NCBI GenBank assembly: GCA_951406725.2 | Contig: OX597828.1 | Coordinates: forward strand, 20,894,001-20,958,000 | DNA length: 64,000 nucleotides | Direction: 5' to 3' | DNA from: Octopus vulgaris | Taxonomy: Eukaryota | Part shown: piece after piece, positions 27,705 through 42,004 of the stretch | Layout: each line of letters opens with the position of its first letter | How positions within the stretch are numbered: position 1 is the stretch's first letter | The notes under the pieces: model-generated | The model's input: the letters and a program-made list of their open reading frames with translations, nothing else | Told to the model about the DNA's origin: nothing | Database searches by the model: none | Position numbers and translations under genes: made by a program

Positions 27705-27856
27705 GAGAGAGAGCAATAAGAAAATGGAGGGGATCAATAGGTGGTTCATCAACTTTAGACATTACATTACGTCAATTTATTTATTTACTAAAAGGACAAT
27801 TATAACAATATACATACATGTATAACATTGGATTCACAACCTCTAACTTCCTTGGA

Positions 27857-27894
<38 letters not shown>

Positions 27895-28372
27895 GGGGGG
27901 GGAGTTACAAAAAACAGAGAAAAAAGAAAAGACAGGCTTCCTCAGCTTCTGTCTATCATTCACAAGGTTTCGGTCAGCCCAAAGCTATAGTAGAGGACAC
28001 TTGCCTGAGGTGTTGCCAACCACAAAGTTTCAGTTTCACTCCCACCTTGGGCAAGCATCTTCTATCACGGCCTCAGGCTGACCAAAGCCTTGTGAGTGGA
28101 TTTGGTTGAAGGAAACTGAAAGAAGCCTGCCAAATGAAAGACGTGTGTGTATGTGTTTGTGTCTCTTTGTTTTGACATTGCATGATAGTTGTAAATGAGT
28201 GCCACTGTCATACAAGCAGTGTAGTTCAGTCCCAATATTCTGCAAAAAACATGTCAAGGTGTGTAGAAATAGAGGAGGGTTGGGGGACAGGAAGGGTATC
28301 CAGCCATAGAAAAAAAACCTGCCTTCATAAACTCCATCCAACCCATTCAAGCAGGGAAAACTGAACATTAAA

Positions 28373-28407
<35 letters not shown>

Positions 28408-28579
28408 TTTAAAAAGATTAAAGATAAATAAAAAAAATTTTAAATGCAAATAAAAAGAGGCTACACATTTAAAACTCTTTTTATCATTTCTAATAATAAC
28501 TCAGGCCTTGCCCTAAAAATATAGAAGTATGTGCCCTTCCTCCATTCAGATAAACCTTAAAACATACCTCACTCAACGT

Positions 28580-28835
28580 CTAGACGTATAAACCTTGAAA
28601 AGTTCTCCCCTCCATCTACATACATATATCCTGGGAGGTGCAAACCACCCCCCACCGCTGGTGCTGCCACCGCCACCAGACATATAACCCTTCAAAGGTA
28701 TGTGTCCCCCCCCCCCACTGTTTACTCTAGATATGTAAGCCTTAAAGGGTGCAACTCGCCACCCACACCCATAGCGCCAAGATATAAACTTTGAAGGATA
28801 CATCATACCCCACTCTCGACATATAAACCTTGAAG
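28580..28835. repeat. Degenerate ~45-50-bp minisatellite
   Basis: agac/tatataaaccttgaagg...cccc motif recurs about 6 times. Confidence 0.65.
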
Positions 28836-29182
28836 ATTGCCCTGATAACCAAAGATGGGTTGGTTGTATGAAGAATTTTCATTAAACACAAGTTCCATCG
28901 GTTAGTTATTCAACCAAATACAATTAACCTCATCTTTATAATTTATACTCTTTTACACTTTTACTCGTTTCAGTCATTTTGACTGTGGCCATGCTGGAGA
29001 ACCACCTTTAGTTGAGCACATCGACACCAGGACCTATTCTTTGTAAGCCTAGTACTTATTCTATTGGTCTCTCTTTTGCCAAACCACTAAGTTACAGAGA
29101 CATAAACACACCTCCATCGGTTGTCAAGCGATGTTGGGGGAACAAACACAGACACACAAACATATACATGATTTGGCATGGT

Positions 29183-29375
29183 TTGCTATGGCTGTGCCAA
29201 GGATAAGTGTCCCTATGGCTGTGCCCAGGGCATTTGACTCTATGGTTGAGCCTAGGGCAATTGCCCCTCTGACTGTGTCCTGAGCAACTGCTCCTTTGGC
29301 TGTGCGCAGGGCCAGTGCCCTGGCTACACAAGGTGCACCTACCCCTTATGGTTGCGCTAAAAGCAACTGCTCCCA
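29183..29375. repeat. Degenerate ~27-bp GC-rich minisatellite
   Basis: ctatggctgtgcccagggca..tg units, about 7 copies. Confidence 0.75.
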
Positions 29376-29794
29376 TGTGCTACATCACTGCCACTGATGG
29401 GCCCAGAACCATTCTCTAGTTCCATGGAATGAAGAGGAGGAAGAACAAATTGCCACCCACCTACCCTGGATTAACTACCCGGCTGTGTATCAAGGATGAC
29501 CTGGTCCTTATCTATCCAAGCAAACACTCTAACCAAAACATTGAGCAGTTTAGGGATGAACTAAGGTAAAGTAGGATGAAATGTAGTAAACCCCAGAAAA
29601 AGAATGGAAAAAAAAAATAAAGAGACCTTCATCAAATTTGAACTGCCTGCCTCTGAGTTGGTAGTCCAATAATTTATCTACCCTGACGTATTGTAACTAC
29701 AGACAAACCTATGGCATGGACAAAGACAGTGTACTTTATCCAAGGTCATTGTGTCTGTATTGTTTGGAATCTGGTGTTTCTGAAGAGAACGGCT

Positions 29795-30480
29795 AGAGAG
29801 GGGGAAGTGGGAGGAGACAAAATGAAAGAGATGGAGAAAGTGAGGTGGAGTGGGGTGAAAAGAGAGAGAAAATGGAAATAGAGGGAAAGGCAGATGGTGG
29901 GGGAAAGACAGATGGGGAGGCTTCAGTTGCGGAGGGGCGATGAGGAAGATGGAAGAGAGAGGGGTATGGAAGATGGGAGAAGGACAGAGGTGAGAGAGGA
30001 AGGAGAGACAGAGAAGGAGAAGAGGAAGAGACGCTTGGAAACTGAGAGGGGGAGAGGGGGAGGCAGAGCGGGAGAGAAGTGAATACAAGGGGAGGAGGTG
30101 AGTAGGAGAGAGAGAGAGAGAAGGTTGAAAAGAGAGGGAGAAGGTTGAAAACAGAGTTGGACAGGGAGAGAGAGGGGGTAGGAGAGAGAGAGTTAGAGAG
30201 TGAGAGAGTGTGGAAGAGAGTCGGAGAGAGAGAGGGAGAGAGAGAGGGAGAAAGTTGAAGAAGGAGAGAGAGAGTCGGAGGAAGAGAGAGGGAGAAAGTT
30301 GAAGAGAGAGAGAGAGTTAGGCAGATAGAGAGTTGGACAGAGAGAGAGTGAAAGAGGTTACAAAGAGAAGGGTAGAGAGAGAGAGAGAGAGAGAGAGAGC
30401 GAAAAATAGAAAGAAATAGAGAGAGAGGGACAGATAGAGAGAAACAGAAATGGAGAGAAAGAGAGAGAGAGAGAGAGACA
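29795..30480. repeat. Polypurine (GA-rich) tract
   Basis: Direct reading. Confidence 0.9.
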
Positions 30481-30879
30481 GTACAGCAGACACAAAATAC
30501 CATTCACTGGTTCCATAGTAAATTATAAGTGTGACATTGAAAGGTTTATGTTACATGCTTTTGTATCCAGCTTCATTGATTTGGTAGACATTAGACATTA
30601 TCATCGTGGTTTTCATGTCCACTTTTCCCATGTTTGTGTGGGTCAAACAGAATTCATTGAGGCAGAATTTCTGCAGTCCTATTGCCAACCCTCACCAATT
30701 TCCAAACAAGGTAATATATTTCCCCACTGACATGCATTTCATTTTTTTTTTCCATGGAAGACAGGGAAACCAACAACATCACTTGTATGATGGTGAGGGA
30801 GATTTGCAAGCATCACATGATGTCGAGACAAGATATATGCATATGCATGCACATATATAAATATAATGATAAACGTCAC

Positions 30880-31180
30880 CCTTTTCAAGCCTAGCCAGGC
30901 TCATGGGCCCGGTTTCCCGGTTTCTGTGGCGTATGTGTTCCCCCAAGCTGGACAGGACGCCAGTCCATCGCAGCGTTACTCAAGAAACAGGAAGAAAGAG
31001 TGAGAGAAAGTTGTGGCGAAAGAGTACAACAGGGGTCGCCACCACCCCCTGCCGGAGCCTCGTGGAGCTTTTAGGTGTTTCCGTTCAATAAACACACACA
31101 ACGCCCGGTCTGGGAATCGAAACTGCAATCCTCTGACCGCGTGTCCGCTGCCCTAACCACTGGGCCATTTGCACCTCCAC
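30880..31180 (-). mobile_element. SINE family B
   Basis: Reverse complement of the 13585 head and body. Confidence 0.88.
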
Positions 31181-31197
31181 ATATATAAATATACATA

Positions 31198-31376
31198 CCA
31201 TATTTTAACGTGCATAAGGAAACCTCGTGTGTAAGGAACAAACTAATATTTGGGGCTTAAAATTTGGAAAAAAGGGTCTGTAAGGGATTATAATACTGTC
31301 CATGTATAAGAAACCCCCATATTTTTTAAACCTAATTTTTGACAAAAAAGGGTTCCTTATACACGTTAAAATACGG
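31198..31376. mobile_element. Tc1/mariner-superfamily (pogo-like) MITE
   Basis: TA-CCATATTTTAACGTGCATAAGGAA ... TTCCTTATACACGTTAAAATACGG-TA terminal inverted repeats with TA flanks. Confidence 0.85.
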
Positions 31377-32248
31377 TATATACCCAAGTTTAGGAAAAGG
31401 AGCAAGTAAAATATAGCCTACATATGTTTCCGAGCTACAGACCCTCAGAAGTAGTACTTACACAACGTGGGGTAAACCATTAGCTACTCATCAGGTCAAA
31501 GGTACCTTTGTTAATTCTACTGTGAATTAACATGGGATCCCTTGATGGCAATGTAACCTTCATTTGACTAAGGTATCTTTGGCCTGGGGGGTAGCTAGTG
31601 GATTACCCCTCCTTTGGGTAATTACTACTTCCAAGGTTCTGCTAGCTATGAAACAAATGTAGCCTGGATTTTACCGACTCCATTCCCTAAATTTGGGTTT
31701 TTATTTACATACACAGCAACCCCAGTTGCTAACTGTGAACATTTTTTTCAGTTTATCGAATTTTGATATTATGAGAAAAGCTTACAACGTTCTTTGTCAA
31801 TAAACCATTATTGTTCTAGGAGGTTGTTTTTCTATACATTCTATGGACTGCTCAAACCTTACTAACTACCTAAACCTGGATCCTGGGACCTCAACTTAAC
31901 ATGTAAACATGTGGGTACTTATGTGGTGGGAACAGGCTCCTTTGAGTTCCTATCTATCAAATCCACTCCCAAGACTTTGGCCAGCCTGCAGTTCTTGTAG
32001 AAGACACTTTCCCAATGTGTGCCGTGCAGTGGGATTGAACCTGGAACCATATGACTGAGAAGCAAACTGAAGTAATGCAAGATGAAATGCTTTGCTCAAG
32101 GACAGAATGAGCTGTCTGGTTGAGAAATTGAACCCACAACCTTCTAATCATGAGCAACAAGAGCTGAACCCACAACCTTCTGATCATGAGCAACAAGATT
32201 TGCAATTGTGTAGCTCACCACCTCAATAACAAAAACAACAACAACAAC

Positions 32249-32304
<56 letters not shown>

Positions 32305-32305
<1 letters not shown>

Positions 32306-32521
32306 CCTTTCTACTGGAAGCACAAGGCCTCAAATTTGGGGGAAGGGATTAAGTCAATGACAACGACCTCAGTGCATAACTGGTACTTATTTTATCGACC
32401 CCCGAAAGGATGAAGGGCAAAGTCGACCACGGCAGAATTTGAACTCAGAACATAGCGACAGAAGACAAAATACCGCTAAGCATTTCGCCCAGCATGCTAA
32501 CAATTCTGCCAGCTCGCTGCC

Positions 32522-32523
<2 letters not shown>
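32305..32523 (-). mobile_element. SINE family E, full length, between (AAT)n tracts
   Basis: Reverse complement head ggcagcgagctggcagaattgttagc. Confidence 0.88.
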
Positions 32524-32576
<53 letters not shown>

Positions 32577-33011
32577 ACTTGCAACTAGTGGACAAACATT
32601 GGCTCTATTTAAATTATGATAAAAATGGGAGGTAAGTCCAGTAATATCATCCAATCTAAACTTTTGAAGGTTTTTTGATTTACAGAATACTGCTTAGAGT
32701 AGAAGACTGAGGAATTTGTATGTTCCTATATGTCCTAGTACATATATGAACAACATATTACAGACATGGGGAGTTGTGTATATTTTTATATATAAATACA
32801 CATGTGTGGTGTCTTTAGTATGAACAGAATTTAAGCACTCAATAAGACATAGCATATGGAATACATTACAAAAATTATATACCAATTAACTGTTTCCTGG
32901 CATAGAAATAGTTCTGCAAAGCAAGTAGCTGATGTTTATAAAGACAACCTGTTTCATAAAACAATTAGTGTGCCAGAAAGCAGTTAACCTGCATTTTAGC
33001 ATACATACATA

Positions 33012-33043
<32 letters not shown>

Positions 33044-33185
33044 CCATCATCATCATTATCATTTAACATCTGGCATTCATGCTGGTATGTGTTGAACAAT
33101 TTGAGATGGTCTGATGAGTTAGAAGAATGTGCATAATGACACAGTACTTTGAACATACACACACACACACACATTGTGCATGTAA

Positions 33186-33216
<31 letters not shown>

Positions 33217-33245
33217 CAATAATATGTTACATTACTCGATAGTCA

Positions 33246-33305
33246 AGATAAAACTCTGAGTTTCAGATGCCGAAGTGGGAATCCACAACCTCTCTTCGGT
33301 TATCT
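33246..33305 (-). ncRNA. Degenerate hammerhead motif (same family as 3510-3561) in an element at ~33217-33370 flanked by (TA)n
   Basis: AGAUAA CCGAAGA ... GGCAUCU GAAA CUC A GAG UU UUAUCU; perfect 6-bp stem I, one core substitution. Confidence 0.6.
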
Positions 33306-34670
33306 GGCTATTTCATATTTACGTAATATTGAGGTCTCTTTCTTTCTTTTGTTATCTTACCGTTTTACCAAATATATATATATATATATATTAGGGCAAA
33401 GGACGCACGGTCATAGGATTGCGGTTTCGATTCCCAGGCCAGACGTTGTGAGTGTTTATTGAGCTTTAACACACCTAAAGCTCCACGAGGTTCTGGCAGG
33501 GGGTAGTGGCAATCCCTGCTGTACTCTTTCACCGCAACTTTCTCTCACTCTTCCTTTTTTCTGTTGTACCTGTAATTTCAAAGGGCCAGCTTTGTCACAC
33601 TCTGTGTCACGCTCAATCTCTCCAAGAACTACATTAAGGATACATGTGTCTGTGGAGTGCATGTTAATTTCACAAGCAGGTTGTTTTGTTGATCGGATCA
33701 ACTGGAACCAACAGAGTGCCACAATATATATATATATATATATAATCATCACCATCATTATCATCATTTAACATTTGTTTTCCATGCTGGCATGGGTTAG
33801 ATGGTTTGACTGGAAGTGGTAAGCCAGAGAGCTGCACCAGGTTCCAGTCTGTTTTGGTTTGGTTTCTGCAGCTGGATGCCCTTCCTAATGCCAGCCATTC
33901 CATAGAGTGTACTAAGTGCCTTTTACATATCACTGGGTGCCTTTTGTGTGCTGGTGCCACGTAAAAGGCAGCATACCAGTGCCACATAAAAAGCAACCTG
34001 TACACTCTGTAAAGTAGCTGGCATTAAGAAGTCACATCCCGCTGTAGAAACCATTGCAAAACCTGGTTGGAACCTGGTGCAGCCCTCCAGCTGACCAATT
34101 CCTGTCATACCATTATACCTATGCCCTCATGGGAAACAGACGTTAAAAGATGATGAGGCGGATGATGATGATGATGGAGACAATAATAGGAAGTATGAAG
34201 CTGGTATTTCTTTTGTCTCATATCTGTTACAATCGTTCCAGCAATCTACCATGGAATGCAGTACAACAGATATTATCAAGAGGTGCAACCAATATGCTAA
34301 TTTGCTGCACACCGAGTGCAACCATTTCCACATTATGTATAAATATATATGAGGTAATGAGTTCAATTTCTGGACCAGCTGTGTGTTGAGTTCTTGAGCA
34401 AGACACTTTGTTTCACGTTGCTCCAGTTCACTCAGCTGTAGAAATGAGCTGCGATGTCACTGATGCCAATCTGTATTGGGCTTTGCTTTTCCTTGGGTAA
34501 CATCGAAGATGTGGAGATGGGAGGCCGAGGCATGCATGGGCAACTACTGGTCTTCCATAAAACAATCTTGCCTGGACTTGTGTCTTGGAAGGGGAACACA
34601 CTACGTGAAATCTCATGGTCATTCATGACCAAAGGGGCTCCTTCCTTCTATATATAACCTAACGATATAA

Positions 34671-34890
34671 CCCTTTAGCATTCAGATTGCTCTGTCAAAT
34701 GTAATGCTTAATTATCCGTATTGCTTTGTGTTAATCAAGCATTATCTCGTAGCTTTGAACTTTTGACGATGTGGTTGTTTGTTTTTAGAATGACATTGTA
34801 GGGTAAGTGTAAGAGGCTGGATATGGTCACTTTGAACATAAAACAGGAAGGATATGTGGGCTGGATATGGCTGGTTTAAATGCTAAAATA
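34671..34890. mobile_element. piggyBac-like MITE
   Basis: (a)taa-CCCTTTAGCATT ... AATGCTAAAata-ttaa; a matching end occurs at ~37100-37130 (aatctgaatgctaaagagttaa). Confidence 0.6.
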
Positions 34891-35589
34891 TTAAGAAAAA
34901 ATATTCAGCAGCTTCTTCTGCATGGAAACTTAATAGCAAAGAGGGTGCTTTCATATAATACAAGTAATAATCCAAAACGCTTTTACTGAAATTAACGATG
35001 GAAACAATTATATTCTAAATTACTAATTACGGTTAAAAAAAATAAATGAAATAAAGGTAGAGGGAAACAACCTTGAAATTTTTATTAATTAGAATTAATT
35101 AAATGTGGAATGCAATAGAGAGGGCCACAATAGACATGTATGTATATGTGTATGTATGTACGAGTTTACATATGTATATATATATGTATATGTTTACATG
35201 TGTGTGTGTGTGTGTATGTGTGTGCATTTGAGATTACTGCTATACAATCATTCATAAAGACCATGTGTACTTATACACACACAGCTTCACAGTAATTCAT
35301 ACATACCTACACAGCTATTCATGCACAAATACATATTTACACATACACACACACACATACATTGCTCTATAACCATACATACACACGTAGCTATACATAT
35401 ATACACACGCATCGTTCTGTAATCATTCCTACAAAGACTTTCAGAGACACATGCATACTTACCCACCCACCCATCCACACACACACACACCTCATTCACA
35501 GCCATTCACAGATATGCACACATAAATACAATCATACAACTACTTCCACTATCCACACAGATTACACACACACAAGCACACGCGACCAA

Positions 35590-35960
35590 ACACTCCAACA
35601 CTACCATACACACACACACACACATGCACACACGACCAAATGCTTCAACACTACCACACACACACACACACACACACAGAACCACACATAGATACACATA
35701 CACAAACTGAGAAACACCTACTTACATAACCATACACACACACACACACACACATACACAGTCCTACATATACACACATGCACATACAGAGAGGCCTACC
35801 TACACACACACACACACATGCACACATGACCAAACGCTTCAACACTACCACACACACACACACACACAGAACCACACAATCCTTTACACACATAGATACA
35901 CATACACAAACTGAGAAACACCTACTTACATAACCATTCACACACACACACACATACAAG
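35590..35960. repeat. ~190-bp tandem duplication in CA-rich DNA
   Basis: gaccaaa.gcttcaacactaccac...gatacacatacacaaactgagaaacacctacttacataacc occurs twice. Confidence 0.85.
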
Positions 35961-36453
35961 CCTACCTACACACACACAGAGGCCTCCCTACACACACGCA
36001 GGCCTACCTACACACACACACACAGAGGCCTCCCTACACACACATACACACACAGGCTTCCCTACACACATACACACACACATACATACACACACAAATA
36101 GAGGCCTCCCCCCACGCACACACACTCACATACATACATACATACACAGTGGCCTACCTAGCTATCTACAGGGAGTGAATATAATATTGAATAGAAAAAG
36201 AATGCTAATTCCCACCAATACACGTGATCATTGTGCCACCGCCTACACATTAATCAATGAGCCCAGCGTATATATAGACTGATCTTCAACACACAGCAAT
36301 AGTAACTACACTAACATTGCCACTGTTTCTCAGTGTATTTCTGTGTATGCGTAACATATATTTGTGTGTGCATGCATGTGTTTGTGTGTGTTTGTGAATA
36401 AATACACATATAAATTTATGTCAATGTGTGTGTGTGCTTGTATATATATAGAG

Positions 36454-36529
<76 letters not shown>

Positions 36530-36718
36530 GGATCGATCGATGGATGGGTGGATAGATAGATATAGATATCATCGTTTAACGTCCGTTTCAACCGGGGTCT
36601 GGGAAGCCAGGAGGCTGCACCAGGCTCCAGTCTGATCTGGCAGTATTTCTACAGCTGGATGCCCTTCCTAACGCCAACCACTCCATGAGTGTAGTGGGTG
36701 CATTTTACTTGCCACCGG

Positions 36719-36759
<41 letters not shown>

Positions 36760-36769
36760 GCATGTAAAT

Positions 36770-36813
<44 letters not shown>

Positions 36814-37281
36814 TCATTTATATACATACATCTATATGTTAACATGTATATATGTATTTATATAAATATATGGATATATAGTTGCAGACATGGCTGTGTG
36901 GTACGATGCTTGCTTCCCAACCACATCGTTCCGGGTTCAGTCCCAATGTGCGGCACCTAGGGTTAGTCTCTTCTGCTATAGCCATGGTTTCACCAAAGTC
37001 ATGTGAGTGCTGGTGTGTGTATGTGCATGCAGTGGTAGTGGTTGTATGACTGGAAAGGCATCCAGCTGTAGAAACAATACAAATAACTAAGCATTGCATT
37101 TGACAGGGTAATCTGAATGCTAAAGAGTTAAATCATTAGGTCATACATAGAAGGAAGGATCCCCCCCCTTTGGTCATGAATGAAACTTTGCCAGGATCGG
37201 ATTGGAGCCTGGTGCAACCTTCTGGCTTGCCAGCCCTCAGTCAAACCGTCCAACCCATGCCAGCATGGAAAGCAGATGTTG

Positions 37282-37324
<43 letters not shown>

Positions 37325-37665
37325 TTATGTATGTGTGTTGTTGTGTCTGTCCCCCCATCACTGCTTGACAACCAGTGTTGGTGTGTATATATCCCCGTGA
37401 CACAGCATTTCAGCAAAATAGACTGATAGAGTAAGTACTAGGCTTACAAAGAATAAGTCCGGTGGTTGATTTGTTCAACTAAAACTCTTCGAGGGTGAGC
37501 TCCAGCATGGCCGCAGTCAAATGACTGAAACAAGTAAAAGAATAAAAGAATAATTATATAAGGATCAAAAGTCCTTCCTGAGCCATAGGGCACATAAGGC
37601 CCCACTGAACAGGATGCCAGTTTGTTATAGGATTACTTAAATTTTGCTGGCTGAATGGTCCAAAG

Positions 37666-37925
37666 CACTGGTTCCCAAACTTTTTCAGGCTGCCGGCCCC
37701 TTAATACCCAGGCCACATTCCTAGTGCCCCCACCCCAACTAACCATCATAAACATAGACCTCTTTCTGAATCAAATTCAAAGCAACTATTTTTCACAAAT
37801 GAACCCATTATTTTGTTGCTTTTACATGAATCGCTACCCCATTATTACCCAACTTTTCTTCAACGCACCCTTGGAGCTTTCCACTGCCCCCAGGGGTACA
37901 ATACCGCCCAATTTGGGAACCACTG
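37666..37925. mobile_element. hAT (Charlie-like) MITE inserted in a SINE
   Basis: CACTGGTTCCCAAAC ... TTTGGGAACCACTG; 8-bp flanks gtccaaag / gtctagag (decayed TSD). Confidence 0.8.
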
Positions 37926-38275
37926 GTCTAGAGGAACAGGAAATGACATGCTTTGTACAAGAACACAACAATCTTACAAATATGAGTGCCACATGCTTTC
38001 ACTATATGTATATTAAATGTGGATTGGTGAAGTGCAAGCTCTGTGTGAAGCAAATAAAATATATACATGAGTGGCTGTGTGGTGAGAAGCTTGCTTCCCA
38101 ACCACATGGTTCCAGGTTCAGTCCCACTGCATGGCACCTTGGGCCTCAGTCCAACCAAAATCTACTATTATAGTAGATATCATACCTCCATACCCGCAGT
38201 TTACACAGGTAGAGTAGAATAGTTAGTGGACTGTTATGTAGATAGATGCATGTGTCTGTGTATGTGTGTGGTGTG

Positions 38276-38306
<31 letters not shown>

Positions 38307-39049
38307 TGTGGGAGTGAGTAGGTGTGTATGCACATGTGGGTTTTTTTTTGTATGTAAGCATATGGATATGAAAATAAACAGATCAACATGCAGACGGATT
38401 AGGTACATAGGTTATAAGAACAGACATGCACACATATGCAAATGGAGACATCACCATATATACACACACACTTTACTCCACACAAGGACGCATATGGAGA
38501 CACGGGTCCACACATGGAGATGCACATCTATACATACAAACATGGTACATAGTTGCAAAACACACACACACACACACACACAGACATGCATACACATGGA
38601 GACAGAGGTGCATACATATACAAACACACGCTCTCACACACACACACACATACATAGAAAATACACAAGCACGGACATGCAAGCACATGAATACGCAGAA
38701 TACATACATACAGATGCACACACATACATACACACACATGCATACACACACATATATACATACACACACATGCATACAGACATACATACACACATATATA
38801 CATATGTACATGCATGCATGCATAGGCACACACACTGACCCACACACATGTGCACAAACAAACAAAAAGGAACACAGTGTAAATAACGGACAGAGTCAAG
38901 ACTATTGAAAAGGTTGCAAGATACAACGAAAATTTTAGGAAAATAAAAATAAGAAATAAGTGGAAATTTTACCAGTGAGTGTGTTAAATTATAAGGCACA
39001 AAAAAGAAAATGACTCTCCCCAGACACAACAGTCTATATATATATATAC

Positions 39050-39241
39050 TTTGGGTATGGTAGATGAGTTCAGCAAAAATTTAGATTCACATGAATATGG
39101 TACTAAAGTTGAGGCACCAGAATTGAGGCTGAAGATTGGTCTGCATTTTAAATAGATGTAATGATTGCATTGTTCAATCAAATGGAGTTGCATGAAACAA
39201 TCGTACTGCATTACCTCTGGATATCCTTGTTGCTTATTTTG

Positions 39242-39245
<4 letters not shown>
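39050..39245 (+). mobile_element. Penelope-like short element with degenerate HHR (39129-39205) and inverted terminal segment
   Basis: CUGAAGA...GCAU GAAA CAAUCG UA; homologous to 17398-17615; flanked by (TA)n on both sides. Confidence 0.6.
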
Positions 39246-39275
<30 letters not shown>

Positions 39276-40364
39276 TATATATACATAATTGCAGAGGGAA
39301 CATGGAGATAGAGGATCTACAGACGTTGGGACTCACAGAGAGGTTGATAGGGGACCAAGACACCTAGTGGTTTGTTGTGCTTGAAAAGACACATAAAACT
39401 AAGTGAAAGTGTGGTTGCCCTTGCATACATGCTCGTCCCCTGCATCCCCCCTCCAGCTGAGCACCCCTATTCTTGCGGTCTCATAGGTGCTGGTGGTGGT
39501 GCCACATAAAAAGCACACGGGCCAGTGCTGCATAAAAGCACCCAGTACACATTAGGAAGGGCATCCTGCCGTAGGAACCATGCCGAAGCAGACAATTGGA
39601 GCTTGAACAGCCCTTCAGCTGGTCAGCTCCTGTCAAACCGTCCAACCCATGCCAGCATGGAAAATGGGCATTAAATTATGATGATGATATATATATATAC
39701 ATAACAGTGGACGTGTGTGGCTTACTGGTTAGAGGGTTAGACTTATGATCGTAAGATTGTGATTTCAATTCCTGGACCAGGCAACATACGTTCTTGAGCC
39801 AAGCACTTCATTTCATGTTGCTCCAGTACACTCAACTGGCAACAAGGAGTAATCCTGAGATGTACAAGCAACCCATCTGGGGGTGGGAGGAAACTCGCTC
39901 TTTGAGTCTATATGACTCAGGGAAAGAGCAGTATCCATTTCATCTTATACATTACAGCGTAAAAACCAAACCGTCCAACCATTGCCAATGATGACAATGA
40001 TAATATTATATATATATTGCTTTTGTATTCAATAACTATTGAAAAGGTTTCAAGTCACAATGAAAATTTATTTTAAAATAATAAGTAAATGAGAGGAAAT
40101 CAGACCAGTGTGTGTGTTAAATTAATAAGGCACTAAAACACAAAATATATATATAGCCTAAACTGGCTTCACTCTAGAGTGCTACTGGTAACATGTAAAC
40201 TAGAATACCCGCTAAGCCTTCTTGATATACATGGTAGTTTTTAGACACCATGTGGGATGAACAAATAAAACCATGAGACCCACCAAAGGGTCAACAACAT
40301 ATCCAGAGATATAGTGTGTGTGTGTGTGTGAAATGATAAAATTTTACATGTAGATAGGGGGTAA

Positions 40365-40660
40365 AGACCCCCTTTGGTCATGAATGACCATGGGATTGCA
40401 TCTAGAAAGTTCCCCTCAGGGTTGTTTATAGAAGACCAGCAGTCACCCATGCATACCAGCCTCTCCTCTCCATGCCACCAACATTATCCAAGGGAAAGGC
40501 AAAGGGTGATACAGCTTGGCAGCTGTGGCATCGTAACTCATTTCCACACCTGAGTGAACTGGAGCAACGTGAAATAAAGTGTCTTGCTCAAGAACACAAC
40601 TCACAGCCCAGTCCGGGAATAACACTCACTACCTCATGGTTGTGAGCCAGATGCTCTAAC
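40365..40660 (-). mobile_element. SINE family C
   Basis: Reverse complement of 40911-41236. Confidence 0.88.
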
Positions 40661-40910
40661 CGGCTTCTAACTACCTTCACTAGAACTTGAAGGAGACAAC
40701 ACAATAAATGGTAGTGTATAGATATTGGATTAAAAAACTTTTTCGGACTGAAGAAGTCAATGGTTGTTCATGTGACACAAACCTACAGTTGCTGGACATG
40801 TTTGTCATGTTTATAGAGACATGATCTCATGTCCAACAGGCAGCCTTTGACCTTTTCCGTACCAAGGGACTTTTTACCTAATATTTTACATACTACTATC
40901 TTATAGTGAA

Positions 40911-41236
40911 GGCGCATGGCTCAGTGGTTAGAGCATCAAGCTTACAATTGTGAAGTTGTGAGTTAGAATTCCGGACCGGACTGCGTGTTGTCTTCTTGAG
41001 CAAGGCACTTTATTTCACGTTGCTCCAGTTCACTCAGCTGTAGAAATGAGTTGCGACATCACAAGTGCCAAGCTGTATCAGTCTTTGCCTTTCCCTTAGA
41101 TAATATCGATGGTGTGGAGAGGGGAGGCCGGCATACATAGGTGACTGCTGGTCTTCCATAAACACACTTGCCTGGACTTGTGTCTGGGAGGGTAACTTTC
41201 TAGGTGCAATCCCATGGTCAGTCATGACCAAAGGTG
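40911..41236 (+). mobile_element. SINE family C, full length
   Basis: ggcgcatggctcagtggttagagc tRNA-like head. Confidence 0.9.
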
Positions 41237-41621
41237 GTTGTCAGCAGTATCATATATAGCCTCAATGGAGACATGTGGCTTAGTGGTTAAGGGGTTGCCC
41301 TCATGATCATAAGATTGTGGTTTCGATTCCTGGACCAGGTGACACATTGTGCTCTTGAGCAAAACACTTCATTTCACATTGCTCCAGTCCACTCAGCTGG
41401 CAAGAATGAATAACCTTGTGATGGGCAGGCATCCCATCCAGATGCGGAATATATACGCTACGAAACGGGAAAACTGGCCCTTGTGAGTCAGCATACCTTG
41501 AGAAGGTGACCTTTACTTTATATATAGTGTAATCTTCTTCAGATATTAATATGCTAGACCACTGGATTTAAATTGATATTAATCAAATTAATATTCAATT
41601 TTTCACCCTTATTATTTTAAA

Positions 41622-41675
<54 letters not shown>

Positions 41676-41956
41676 TTTTGTTCTTTTATTCTTTTACTTA
41701 TTTCAATAATGGCGAAGGCAACTAATCCAGGAAATGGAGAACTCCAATAGAAAACCTGGAGATATGTTGTTCCTTGAATTTGCAGCAAACATTTGCACAA
41801 ATTTTCTATAATCAGCTTTTCCAAAAACTGAGACTGGTCCTTCATAAACCTTCACCACTGAAATCATATAATACGAGCGGGTATTATAACGGCTATAATA
41901 ATAGCTGGTAAACTCTCATATGTTGAAATTTGACAGGAAAATACACTACACACACA

Positions 41957-41995
<39 letters not shown>

Positions 41996-42004
<9 letters not shown>

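Noticed and set aside
38266-39029. H/T- and C/V-rich ORFs (also at 23.5 kb, 48.7 kb and 57 kb)
   Set aside because: Translations of (CA)n/(TA)n microsatellites.
40911-40985. tRNA-like sequences (also at 13585, 51692 and 60260)
   Set aside because: SINE heads continuing into SINE bodies; no complete cloverleaf or acceptor stem.
41711-41860. Open frame after tttcag on the minus strand (VKVYEGPVSVFGKADYRKF...)
   Set aside because: Loosely similar to 25580-25700 and to RTE motifs, no consensus donor; probably a LINE relic, though not proven.
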